Source: the human T2T-CHM13v2.0 reference genome, Homo sapiens. Taken from it: a DNA stretch of 64,000 bases. The stretch covers positions 14,272,001 through 14,336,000 of the forward strand of contig CP086569.2 of the NCBI GenBank assembly GCA_009914755.4. Reading direction: 5' to 3'. A model generated the notes under the pieces. The model was not told the DNA's origin. It did not search any database and saw only the letters and a list, made by a program, of their open reading frames with translations. This document shows positions 14,816 to 28,599 of the stretch, piece after piece. The number at the start of each line of letters is the position of its first letter. Position 1 is the stretch's first letter. The position numbers and the translations under genes are program-made.

Positions 14816-17044
14816 AGTAACCAGGTGTGGATATCAAGAAAAAAAATAACCAAAAAGGCAAAAAAACACAGTTGGAAGAGATAGAGCAAGGATCAGAACC
14901 AAACTCAATTATGACACAGATGTTGCGAATATTAGACTAGGAATTTCAGTTAATTGTAATTAAGATCCTAAGAGATTTAACTGATAAAGCAGACAGCAGA
15001 AACAGGTAAAGACAGGAACTCCTAAGAACCAAAGAGAGATGCTAGAGATAGAAAATAATATAATAGAAAAGAAGAATACCTTTGAAGACTTACTGGTAAA
15101 CTAGACAATACTGAGGAAAGAATCTCTCAGCTTGAGATTACCAACCGAAACTTCCTAAATTGAAAAATGAAGAAAAAATGTGAGAAAATGACAAAAAGTG
15201 TAAATTACCTATAACGGGAATTACAGAAAAAGAAACATAAAATATTTGAAACGAAAGTGAGAATATCCACAAATTAATCTCAGACACAAAACCACAGATG
15301 GCGAAAGCTCACAGAACACCAGGCAGAATAAATGCCGACACATTTATACATAGCATATCATTTTCAGACTATACAAAATCAAGATAAAGAAAAATACTGA
15401 AAGAAACTAGAAGGAAAAAAAATTAGACAGCAATGATAAATATTATCTATGTCTTCTCCTTAAAGCAAGAAGTGGAGTAAAATGTCTCTAATGTTTACAG
15501 GGGAAAAGAAAAAAAAAACACCAACCAGGGAGTTTATACCCTGATAAACTGTCCTTCCAAAATGAAGAACACAAAATGACCTACTCAGAAAAATAAAAAA
15601 GGAAAGCAGTTGATGCCAATATACCTGCTTTGTAAAGAATGCTAAAACAAATTATTAGAGAGAAGGAAAGCGACAATGGTCAGAAACTCAATATGCATAA
15701 AGAAAAGAAGAGCATCAAAAAAGGGGTAAGTGGAGGTAATATAAACACTTATAAAAATTCTTAGTTGATCTAACAAATTAACAGTTCATTTTAAAACAAT
15801 ATAAGTGAAATGAATGACAAGAATGATACAGGGAGAGGGAGGTAAAATTAGGATTATTTTATTATTCTAAAGTACTCTCACTACCAGTGAAGGGGTAATG
15901 AGCAATAGTGCTGCTTTATAGTGGACTTCTATTAGTGCACAATTAAGAGTTAAGTGACAGCCTGGGCGTGGTGGCTTACGCCTGTAATCCCAGTACTTTG
16001 AGAGACAGGGTGAGTGGATCACCTGAGCTGAGGAGTTTGAAACCATGATGAAACCCCGTCTCTACTAAAAATGCAAAAATTAGCAGGGCGTGGTGGCGCA
16101 TGCCTGTAATCTTAGCTATTCAGGATGCTAAGGCAAGAGAATTGCCTGAACCCGGGAGGCGGAGGCTGCAGTGAGCAGAGATCACTCCATTGTACTCCAG
16201 CCTAGGCAACAAGAGTGAAACTCTGCTTTGGGTGGGGGAAAAAAAAGAGTAAGTGACAGTAAGACAGGAGTGAAAATGCAATCTTACATAATGCTCAGTT
16301 AAACCACAAAAAGTGGAAACAAGTCAGAGACAAAAATAGAAACAAAGAAAAAGGCAACAAACAAAACCAGCAGATACTAATCCAATTAAAGTCACATTCC
16401 ACCTAACGACTTTTTCAGTAAATGACAGATTGTGTAAATTACAGTGGTCCCATACAGTTATAATGGACCTGAAAAATTCTTAACCCAGGTGGCATCAGAG
16501 CCATGTTAAAGTCTTAGTGCCGTGGAATACCTGTGTTTGTGGTGATGTCAGTGTAAATAAACTTACTGCACTGCCAGTTGCCTAGAAGTGCAGAATAGTA
16601 TAACATATTCAGCAATGATAATAAATAACCATGTTACTGATTTATGTATTTACTATACTATTTATTGTTATTTTAGAGTATACTCTTCCTACTAATTAAA
16701 AAACCCACTTAAAATATTTTAAAAAATATTAAAAGTAGATGATATGAAAAGATAAAATATATGCTAATTGTAATTTTAAAAAAAGCAGGAAACACAGCAG
16801 ACTTCAAGCCAAGCAACGTTTTCTGGGATAAAGAGCAGCATTACATAGTAACAAAGGAGTCCACTCTCCAAGAAGACATAACAATCCTTAACATTTATGC
16901 ACCTAACAATGGATACATAAGGCAAAAAAAGGCAGACCACCAAGGAAACATAGAGGAATTCAGTAGCTGAGTAGGAGAATTTAATATCAATCAATAAAAA
17001 CATAGAAACAGTGGATATCAAAATCAACAACACCATCAACCAAC

Positions 17045-17265
17045 TGAATATATAGTCATCCCTTGATATTCATGGGGGATTGGTTCTAGTACCCCAGAAG
17101 ATACCAAAATCCACACATACTAAAGCTCCACAAATTACCCTGTGTAACCAGGGTATGTAAGAGTCAACTCTCTGTATCCCTGGGTCTTCATCTCACAAAC
17201 ACTGCATTTTCAACCTCCATTTGTTTTTGGAAGTGTAGCCTGCAGCAGCAGGAGAATACACATTC
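17045..17265 (+). mobile_element. Tigger1-like DNA transposon terminus inserted in the L1
   Basis: atatagtcatcccttgatattcatgggggattggttctagtaccccagaagataccaaaatccacacatactaaagctccac matches the Tigger1 end (cagtcatccctcggtatccgtgggggattggttccagg...ataccaaaatccgcg...) recalled from memory. Confidence 0.75.
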
Positions 17266-17796
17266 TTCTTAAATTCAAATAAAACATTCACAAAGTCACA
17301 ACACATTCTGCATCGTAAAATATACCTTAACAAATTTCAAAGAATAAGAAATTATACAACGTGTGGAGGGCAGCTTGAATCTACAAATCAGACTTAAACT
17401 AGAAGTCAATAAAATTAAAAGGACTAATCTTCAAAATAGTTCAAGATTAAATAGCACACTCCTATTAGCTTTAATCTAGGAATCGACAGATGTATAAACT
17501 AGAAGTCAATAAAAGTAAAAGGACTGGTTAATTTCCAAAATAGTTCAAGATTGAATAGCACACTCCTATTATAGCACGAGTAAAAAGATTTCTCAAGAAA
17601 ATAAAACAACATTTTGAATTAAAGGAAAATAAAACTTATAAAAGTTTGTCGGATGGAGCAAAAGCAGTGCTTACAGTGGAATTTACAACACTGAATGCAT
17701 ATATCAAAAAAGAGGACATACTGGGCCGGGCGCAGTGGTTTATGCCTACAATCCCAGCACTTTCAGAGGCCAAGGCCGGACGATCAATTGAGGTCA

Positions 17797-18315
<519 letters not shown>

Positions 18316-19559
18316 TCACTTATGCATACACCTTAAAAAATGTGAAGGAGCAAATTAGATATAAAAAAATTAAGCAATAAAAATTAGAACAGAATGCAAT
18401 CAAACTGAAAACAGGAAATCAATAAAAAACAAGTCAATGAAACCAAACTAGTTCTGTGAAAAGATCCATACATCAATAATCCCCTACCTTTCAGGCTAAT
18501 AAGAAAAGAAGACACAAATAACTCACTTCAGAAATGAAAGCGCAAATGTAGCTATTGATGCCAATGGACATTAAAAGATAATAAGAGAATGCAATAAAAA
18601 AAAGGCCAAAAAATCTAGAGGAAGTGAACCAACTTCTTGAGAGGCAATTTGCCAAAACTCACATAATCTGAATAAGTAGATATCAAGTAAAAAAAATTCA
18701 AGGCAATAATAAATAATCTTCTAAAAAAGAAGGCTCTAGGCCTACATCAGCTCACTGGTGAATTCTACCAACATTTAAGGGAAGAAACTACAATTCTCTA
18801 CAATCTCTTTAAAGAGAAAGAAATAGAATACTTGCTAACTCATTTTACATGGCCAGTACTACTCTAAATCCAAAATCAGAAAGACATTTCAAGAAACAAA
18901 AACTACAAATCAAAATATCTTATAAATACGATACAAAAATGTTCAGCAAAATATTAGCAAATGAAATACAATAACCTGTTTTGCAATCCAACCAAGTGAG
19001 ATTTATCCCTGATGTGCAGAGACAGTTTAATTGAAAATCAATTAATGTAATCCGTTAAATCAAAAGGCTTAGAAAAAAAATCACACGATGGCAGGCCAAG
19101 GGGATCACTGCAATCCCAGCACTATGGGAGGCTGAGGTGGGCAGATGGCTTGAGCTTAGGGGTTCAAGACCAGCCTGGGTAACATGGTGAAATCCTGACT
19201 CTACTAAAAATACAAAAATTAGCCAGGTGTGGTGGTGCATGCCTGTGCTCCCACCTACTCTGGAGGCTGAGGTGGGAGGATTGCTTGAGATTGGGAGGCA
19301 GAGGTTGCAGGGAGCTCAGATCGCACCTCTATACTCTAGCCTGGGCAACAGAGTGAGACCAAATCTCAAAAAATATTAATAGTTAAAAAACAAAAGGTTT
19401 ACAAATTGGGAAGGAAGAAATAAAACTGCTCTCTCCATGGACAACATAAAATATGTAGACAATCTGAAGGAAGTGACAAAAAAACCCTCTTGAAATTAAT
19501 AAGAGATTAACTCACAATTGCATGATCTAAGAGTAATACGAAGAAAGACAACTGTTTCT

Positions 19560-19848
<289 letters not shown>

Positions 19849-20159
19849 CAACTGTTTCTTATATACCAGCAATGAACTAGTGGAATTTGGAATTAAAAAC
19901 ACAATACTCTTTACATAACATTCCCAAAATAAAGTAGGTATAAATCTAGGAAATATATACAAGATCTATATGAGGAAAATGACAACAATAAAAAAAAATG
20001 ATGAAGATACCAAAGAAAAAATAGAGAAATATTCCTGGATGAGAAGACTCAATTCTAACAAGTTATTACACTTTGTAGATATAAACTGATATTAATGTTT
20101 ACAGGAAGAGATATATTTGTAGTACGTACTGCCTTAGAATATTGTACAATTTTCTTTTC

Positions 20160-20560
20160 TGTCTTGCTCTGTCTTCGAGACTGAAGGGCAGCGATCAAAG
20201 TTAACTATAATCTCCAACTCCTGGGCTCAAACAATGTGCCCACTTCAGCCTACTGAATATCTAGGAGAGAGGTGTGCACCCCTACACCTGGCTAATTTTT
20301 GTACTTTTTGCTATGTCGCCCAGTCTGGTCTTGAACTTTTGGCCTCAAAGAATTCTCTCATCCTAGCCCCCAAAGTGCTGAGACTACAGAAATGAACCAC
20401 TGCATCTAGCTAAAAAAATTTTTTTCAAAACTTTTTGTAAAGACAGAGTCTTGCTATGTTACCCAAGCTGGTCTCATACTCCTGGCCTCAAGGGATCCTC
20501 TGACCTCAGCCTCTCAAAGCACTGGGATTACAGGTGTGAGCCACTAAGCCTGGCAATTCT
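20160..20560 (-). mobile_element. Two old, diverged Alu fragments (AluJ/FRAM-like)
   Basis: ctccaactcctgggctcaaacaatgtgcccacttcagcctactgaatatctaggagagaggtgtgcacccctacacctggctaattttt... ; gtcttgctatgttacccaagctggtctcatactcctggcctcaagggatcctctgacctcagcctctcaaagcactgggattacaggtgtgagccac. Confidence 0.7.
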
Positions 20561-20778
20561 TCTGTGTCTCAATCTCTGTTCACATAGAGCTCTCCAGAAT
20601 AGATTTTTGTGAGCTATTTTAATTTCTCTAATAATGATTATTTCACCTTTGCCATTTCTTATGTTGTAGACACATGCAACTTCTTTTTCTTGAAGCAATT
20701 TTTGAAATGTTCTGTCTGCTTTTATTCACTGAGGGAAGAACATTAAGGCATACTTTCTAAAAGTTTCTTCATTATTAA

Positions 20779-21108
<330 letters not shown>

Positions 21109-21395
21109 CTATTTCATTTATATCCCATTCCAAGTATTTTCTTATAATATCTTTATGTTCAGTTATACTTAAATTCATAGAATAAGACTATGTCTAACAT
21201 AATATTCTTTTACATAAAAACTGGATCTGGCTTACCTCTGACAGAATTTTTGTGTCTGTCTATATGAATAAAATCTGTTTTTTTTGTACCAAAATTTAAT
21301 ACCAAAACTTTTGGTGCTAAAACTAATTCTAGTTTAGAATTAGTTTGGTGCTAAAACTAATTCTAAATTATGATTTACTTTAAGAAATAATGAAG

Positions 21396-21710
21396 GCTGG
21401 GAATGGTGGTTATTAATCCTGTAATCCCAGCACTTTGGGAGGCTGAGGTGGGCGGGCGGATCTATTTGAGGTTAGGAGTAGATCCTAACCAACGTCTGAC
21501 CAACATGGCAAAACCCTGTATCTACAAAAATACAAAACTTAGCCGGGGATGGTGGCACATGCCTGTAATCCCATGTGCCTGCAATCCCAGCTGTTCTGGA
21601 GGGTGAGGCAGGAGAACTGCTTGAATATGGGAGGAGGAGGTTGCAGTGAGCTAAGACTGCGCCACTGCCCTCCAACCTGGGTGACAGAGCAAGACTCCGT
21701 CAAAATAAAC
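21396..21710 (+). mobile_element. Alu
   Basis: ggctgggaatggtggttattaatcctgtaatcccagcactttgggaggctgaggtgggcgggcggatc... Confidence 0.9.
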
Positions 21711-22219
21711 TAACAAACATACATTTCATTCATGTTTAAAATGGCTTAAATGAAGAATTATTCACAGTAACATTATTTCTAATTTTCACAATTATTAATT
21801 AAACTGGTCAAAGTAGATCACTGACATACCATACAGCTCTACTTGTACTAATAGTAACTTACAAAACATAAGTTAAAAAAAAAACAACAAAAAAACTTCA
21901 GAGTCAGAGTATGCTCACAGGCTACATATAATTTGAATAAAGGAAAACAAAAACAAATTATACAAATACATGTGTGAATTTACCTAAACAAAAGAGTTTT
22001 GTACAATACTCAAATAACTATTAACACAGGTGGCTTTGGTAATAAATATAGTTAGAGGCAGAGGGAAGAAGAATTCACAGACCCTTTTTCTTTTCATTTT
22101 GTACAAACACATTCAAAATTATGCAGCATTATAGTAACAAAATGAATGTTAAAATATCACTAGTTTCTAAATCTGAAAGACTAGTCAGAAAAGGTTTTCC
22201 TTTTAAAATTTTTATATTA

Positions 22220-22530
<311 letters not shown>

Positions 22531-23039
22531 TTTAATTTCTATGAATAAGACTGGAGCAGCAACTTGCCCACTCAAGTTTTCTACTTCTGGGTAAAATTTC
22601 ATCATTTATGTTCTGCTAGGAAAAAGCTTCTAGATTTTCAAACTTGTTATATTTTTATACAATAGTTCTAAAATATCTTCTATTAACACATCTGTAACCC
22701 TGTAGCAAATTTCTCCAACACTACTTTTAACATTTTTCATTTTTTTCATCTGTGAGAAATATCCATTTGATCTTTTCAAGGATTCAACTTCTGGATTCAT
22801 TTAGGTAATTTCTAAATACAAAACTAAAATAAAGTAGGCTTAAGGAGATTTACTATGTTAAAAACATGTACAAATAACACCAAAAGAAGTAACAATAGAT
22901 GATGAAATGCTCCAGTTATCTTATCAAAATGAACAAAAAATATCCAAGAAGAAAACTAACATAGATGTTACTGCATGTTGCATGCAAATAGCATTTGTAG
23001 ATACTTATGTTATACATGTGTCTTTAAACATTTCACAAC

Positions 23040-25440
23040 ATGCATTATAGTAAAGGTCAAATAACATTCCATTGTGTATATATTTAGATACACCCTCCCC
23101 TGTTTTCTTCATCCATTCATCTTTCAATGGCCATGTAGTTTGTTTCTTGGCTACTGCAAATAATACTACAATTAGTATGAAGTGCAGACAGATGCTGATG
23201 TTGTTTCCTTTGGATATATACGAAGTGAATGGCTGGATTATATGGTAGCTCTATTTTTAATTTTTTAAGTAACCTTCATCTGTTTTCCATAATGGCTGTA
23301 CCAATTTATATCCCCCACCAGGACTGTATGGTTTGTTCTCTTTTCTCCACATCCTCAGTATCACTTTTAACTTTTTGATTAACATCCACTGATGTAGTTA
23401 GGCTTTGTGCCCCCACCCAAATCTCATCTTCAATTGTAATCTCCACAAATACCCACGTGTCAAGGGAGACCAGGTGCATGGGGGTGGTTTCCTCCATGCT
23501 GTTCTTGTGATAGTGAGTTCTCACAAGATCTAATGATTTTATTGGGCTCTTCCGTCTCTGCTTGACAATTCTCCTGCCGCCTTGTGAAGAAGTGCCTTGC
23601 TTTCCCTCACCTTCTGCCATGATTCTAAGTTTCCAGAGGCCTTCCAGCCATGTAGTACTGTGAGTCAATTAAACCTCTTTCTAAATTTCCCAGTCTTGGG
23701 TATGTCTTTATCAGCAGTATGAAAACTGACTAATAAAGCCATCCTAAGATATGAGGTGATATTTCATGATGGATTTGATTTGAAATTCCCTGATTAGTTC
23801 TACTAAGCAGTGTGTCATATACCTGTTGACCATTACTATACTTTCTTTGGAAAAATGTCTATCCAGGTCCTTTTGCCCACTTTTACTTGTAGGTTACTTT
23901 TTGGTTACTAAGTAATATGAGTTTTGGAGATATTTGGGGTATTAACCCTTATTGGAATTTATGGTTGGCAAGTACCATCTCCCAAACTCCCAGGATGCTT
24001 TTAACTTTGTTGATTGCTTTCTTTGCTGTATACAAGCTTTTCAGTTTGATGCAATCCACCTATTTTTGCTTTTATTACCTATGTCTTTAGTGCCACATCC
24101 AGAAAAATCACTGCTAAGATCAATGTCATGCAGCTTTCCCTGCTCTTTTCTTCTATTATGGTTTTAAGTCTTATGTTTATAAGTCCTCAATTCATTTTGA
24201 GTTGCTTTTTGTGTATGATGTAAGATAAAAATCTAATTCCATTTTTATATATGTGGATGTCCAGTTTTCCCCAAAAAAGACTATCCTTTTCCACTGTATT
24301 TTCTTGGATCCTTTGTCAAATACCAGCTGACCCTATCTATGTGGGGTTTTCTTCCAGGCTTTGTATAAAGTACCATTGTTCTATGTATTTTTTTACATAC
24401 CAGTCACTATCTTACCATTTTCATTACTGTCGCTTTGTAACGTACTCTGAAATTAGGAAGTGTAATGGCCCAGCCTTGTTTATCTTGTCCAAGATTCCTT
24501 TAGTTCTTCAGGGTGTCTTTTGATTCCACACAAATTTTACAATAGTTTTTTGTATTTCTGTGCAAATGCCATTGGAATTGTGAGACATCACTTAGTGTAG
24601 TATGCACATTATGATAAATACTGATTCTTCTAATCCATGAACGTGGAGAGACCTTGCTATTTATTTCTGTCATCTTCAGCTTCCTTCACGGATGTTTAAC
24701 ATATTTCAGGCTACAGATCTTTCCATTTCTTTTGGGGATGATTCATTATTAACACATACAAATACTATGATATCTGTATGTTAATTTTGTATCCTGAAGC
24801 TTTAATAAATTTGTTTTTTTTCTTTTTGGTTCTAATAATTTTTCCTGGAGGTGTTAATTAGGTTTTTTTTTCATCTATATGATCATGACTTCTGCAAACC
24901 AAGACTTCTTTTCCTTTTTCTTCCCAATAAGTATTTCTCTATCTCTTCATCATAACTAACTGCTCTGGCTAGGACTTCTAGTACTATGTGGAACAGGAGT
25001 ACTAAAAGTGAGCATCCTTGTCTTGCTCCTGATTTTAGTGAAAAAGCTTTCCATTATCCCCAATAGAGTATGATGTTAACTACAGATCTGTGATATATGG
25101 CCTTAATTATATTGAGATACATTCCTTATGTAATACATTGAGAATTTTTATCATGAGACAACATTGAGTTTTTGTCAAATGCTTTTAATCCAGCCACTGA
25201 GATAATCATATAATCATCTGTCTTTTATGTTTATGTAGTATATCACACTGATTAGTTTGCAATGTTTGCATGATCATTACATCCTATGGATAATTCCCTC
25301 TTGATCATAGTATGTTAGCCTTTCAATGTGTAACTGAATTTTATTTTTTAGTACTTTTATCTCGTTAGTATTTTTGCTGGTATTTTGTTAAGAACTTACA
25401 CTGATTTTAGCAATTAATGTAATCATCATAACAACACAGT
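23040..25440 (-). mobile_element. L1 ORF2 (3' portion) in minus orientation, split by a MaLR LTR at 23388-23715
   Basis: The reverse complement of L1 ORF2 appears on both sides of the LTR, for example ...ccatcctaagatatgaggtgatatttcatgatggatttgatttgaaattccctgattag... (= ...ccattctgacaggtgtgaggtgatatctcattgtggttttgatttgcatttccctgatgattag...) and ...gctctggctaggacttctagtactatgtggaacaggagtactaaaagtgagcatccttgtcttgctcctgat.... Confidence 0.8.
23388..23715 (+). mobile_element. MaLR solo LTR (THE1/MST family, ERVL-MaLR) inserted into the L1
   Basis: ...ggctttgtgcccccacccaaatctcatcttcaattgtaatctccacaaatacccacgtgtcaagggagaccaggtgcatgggggtggtttcctccatgctgttcttgtgatagtgagttctcacaagatct...cagccatgtagtactgtgagtcaattaaacctctttctaaatttcccagtcttgggtatgtctttatcagcagtatgaaaactgactaata matches the THE1/MST consensus (TGATATGGTTTGGCTGTGTCCCCACCCAAATCTCATCTTGAATTGT...) recalled from memory. 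Confidence 0.8.
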
Positions 25441-26105
25441 AAGGGTAAACCTTATGTTTATCCAAAAAGCTACAAAGCCTATTTAACTGGCTACTGAAAG
25501 ATTAAGAAAAAGAAAAGCTCAGCAAATTTAAGAAAATGTAATTATCAGGTGACAGAAGATACTAAAAGTATATGAGAAAACGTAGTTGACAGTCTTTCAT
25601 TCACGGGTTAAAAATTAGGAAAACCAAAAGAACCTACATATGTACTCACACAATACTACATTTTATATTTCAGCCTACTTATGGAAGACAAATGCTTGTA
25701 ACAGAATTTTTTAAATGAGGAGGACATTCCTATATTAACAAGGTATCACTGAGATAAAGAATTCCACTGAATATGTCCACTAACATGAAGTTACCATATG
25801 AAAGCACACTACCCATTTTTCCACTTCTGAGAAGACTCTACTCAGTTTACATTTCATGTCCCCACTCTATTTTACTGACCACTACTACACAAACAGGTAT
25901 AGTCTAATTTTTAAAGATTCAAATATAAAAATTCTGTAACTTCAGTGATTACTCACTGAATAATTTTTTATATTTGTATCTTTAAAAATTACACTGTCAT
26001 TTAAAATTCATACATTTCTTTCCTTTGATACAAATTGAGATTATTTTAATATCTTCAACTGTACAAACAATACTAATAGGTAGAATGCATTTAAAATTAG
26101 TTCCT

Positions 26106-26482
26106 CCGTATCACGTGATATGTGTCCGCACCCAAATCTCACCTTGAATTGTAGTTCCCATAATCCCCATGTACCATGGGAGGGACCCAGTGGGAGATAT
26201 TAATAATTTAATAATGGGGGCAGTTACCCTCATGCTATTCTCATGATACTGAGTTCTCACAAGATCTGGTGGTTTTATACAGGACTTTTTCCCCACTGCT
26301 CACCATTTCTCCTTCCTGTCACCATGTAAAAGAAGGATGTGTTTGTTTCTCCTTCCACCATGACTGTAAGTTTCTTGAGGCCTCCCCAGCCATGCTGAAT
26401 TCTGAGTCAATTAAACCTCTTTCCTTCATAAATTACCTAGTTTTGCGGATGTCTTTATTAGCAGCATGAGAATAGACTAACA
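26106..26482 (+). mobile_element. MaLR solo LTR (THE1/MST family), second independent copy
   Basis: tgtgtccgcacccaaatctcaccttgaattgtagttcccataatccccatgtaccatgggagggacccagtgggagatat...tgaggcctccccagccatgctgaattctgagtcaattaaacctctttccttcataaattacctagttttgcggatgtctttattagcagcatgagaatagactaacaca. Confidence 0.85.
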
Positions 26483-26595
26483 CATCAGGCATGTTTAATG
26501 TTAGAATCAAACACAGTTTCAAGATATTTTACTGTCAAGTATAATTTTCACCAGCTCTTCTCATTTATTGGGGTCATAAAAAATTATCTAACTGG

Positions 26596-26893
26596 GGCCA
26601 AGCACAGTGGCTCACACCTGTAATCCCAGCACTTTGTGAGGCTGAAGCGTGAGGATCACTTTGTCCCTGGTGTTTTGAGATCAGCTTTAAAAACACAGCA
26701 AGACCCTATCTGTAATAAAAATTAAAATAAACTGGCTTGGAATGCTAGCAGTCCTAGTTACTCCAGGGGCTGAAGAGGGAGGATGGCTTGAGCCCAGGAG
26801 TTCAAGGCTGCAGTAAACTAAAATTGTCCCCTTAATGCACTCCAGCTTGGGCAACAAGGGACACCTGGTCTCTTAAAAAATAAAATAATAAAA
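26596..26893 (+). mobile_element. Old Alu (AluJ-like)
   Basis: ggggccaagcacagtggctcacacctgtaatcccagcactttgtgaggctgaagcgtgaggatcac... ...cactccagcttgggcaacaagggacacctggtctc. Confidence 0.8.
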
Positions 26894-27564
26894 TTACTTT
26901 TCCTATATCAAAAGACTAAGAAAATGTTTTTAAAAGAGCAACAACATAATACATGAAAAAAAGACATACCCAAAACGTGGAATGGCAGGTTATGAATTTT
27001 TATTCATGACACTCATGTAAAAAGATGGGCAATTCTTAACCCATTTATGCCTAGTGTTCCACTATTGGAACGCTAAGCATGCGGGGGTTACTTATATCCT
27101 ATTGCTTAAGGTCATCGCCAAGGTACGACTGCAAAAATTCAAAAAATTGCAACCTCCAGCATAAATGGATTTAAATGCATTTTGTAAAACAAAATCAATC
27201 CCTAGGTTATAATATCCCAACCTGAAGGTATATCAACTTTGATTCAATGAATCTCTAAGGCCACCGTGTGTACCTTGTGGAGCACAGGGAGAAGTGAAGT
27301 AGAGAAACAAACAGATAATTCTTAAAAACTTCCCATGAAGCTTGTCACAGATGAGTTAAAGAACCAGCCAGTTAAATGTTCTATATCTTACTACATCTCA
27401 TAGTAATATGAAAAATGGAAAATACCAGCATCTTTCCTGTCTTGGATAAAATTCTGCATCAAATCTACTTCTCTACATCACTATTTTCTACTTGTACTAG
27501 AAACATAAGGGTAGACCTAAAAAATTACATATGTGTGTAATAAGCTTCCCCCACCATGAAATTC

Positions 27565-27843
27565 TGTTTGTTTTTTTCTCCTTAAGACAGGGTCTCACTC
27601 TGCCGCAGAAGCTGGAGTGCAGTATCACACCACACTGCAGCCTCTGACTCTTCAAGCAGACTTTCAGTCTCAGCTCTGAAAGTAGCTGCAACTACAGGCA
27701 CATGCCACTACACTTGGCTAACTACTAATTGTAGAGACCAGTCTCACTATGCCCAGGCTGGTCTCAAACTCCTGGGCTAAAGAGGTATTCCTGCATCAGC
27801 CTCTCAAAATGCTGCAATTAAGACATGAGCCACCATGCCCAAC
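27565..27843 (-). mobile_element. Old Alu
   Basis: agacagggtctcactctgccgcagaagctggagtgcagtatcacaccacactgcagcctctgactc...ctgcaattaagacatgagccaccatgcccaac. Confidence 0.8.
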
Positions 27844-28564
27844 ATGGTTATTAAATCTCTCTTTATTTCACAATTTAAATTCAAAATGTTCAGCTACTCA
27901 TAATATGAAAAAATGCTACCCATTTTTTTAAGTCTACCAACTCCACCACAAACTGTAAATCTGTATGTTACAGTTTAAATATTATAATAAAATCTGCTAT
28001 ACAAAGCAAAATATTTTTTTAAAAAGCTGAAATAACTTTAAAAACAAACAGCCTTGAACTAATGGTAACTATCATTTGAAATGGTATGATGCTTAAAAGA
28101 TACCTCAGTCTTAAAGAAAAACAGAAAACTTCAATAACAGTGACTTATTACAATCATTCATGAAAATTTTAAAAGAAAAGTAGACATTACATGCAGGGTT
28201 ACATGAAAGCTTCTAAATAAAGGTATAGAGGCAAATTACATTAAGTCAAAGCACTGCATACATAGCAAGTATTGTATTTAGGAAATAAAATACACAGTTT
28301 AAGGTAGTTACACAAACTGCTATATATATATATATTAAGTACAAATCTCAAATGCCTTCATTTGTCTTTAACAATTTGTTCACTAAAAATTTCAAACACA
28401 TTTAATGAGGAGTAGAATACAAAATACATGCAAGAGTATAATACCCACAACTCAAATCGTCTAATATATTTATTTCATTTAAAGCCTGATATTTTCAAGT
28501 ACATTTCATTTCATCTAAAGCATAGGTGACTGTTTCATTCTTGTTCTTAAGTTAAAACACTTAC

Positions 28565-28599
28565 CTGGGTTTCATACAAATGGGCAATATGAAATTGAA
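28565..28599 (-). CDS. UTY: UTY coding micro-exon. Translation (I)QFHIAHLYETQ, 35 nt.
   Basis: Minus strand: ttcccatgatccattgcAG|TTCAATTTCATATTGCCCATTTGTATGAAACCCAG|GTaa. The leading TT completes the Ile codon begun in the previous exon. The sequence upstream of the AG does not continue the protein, which supports this as a true acceptor. Confidence 0.8.

Noticed and set aside
23388-26482. Full-length MaLR (THE1/MST) provirus with two LTRs
   Set aside because: The internal sequence is L1 ORF2 in reverse orientation rather than MaLR internal sequence. The two LTRs are too diverged from each other to be a 5'/3' pair.
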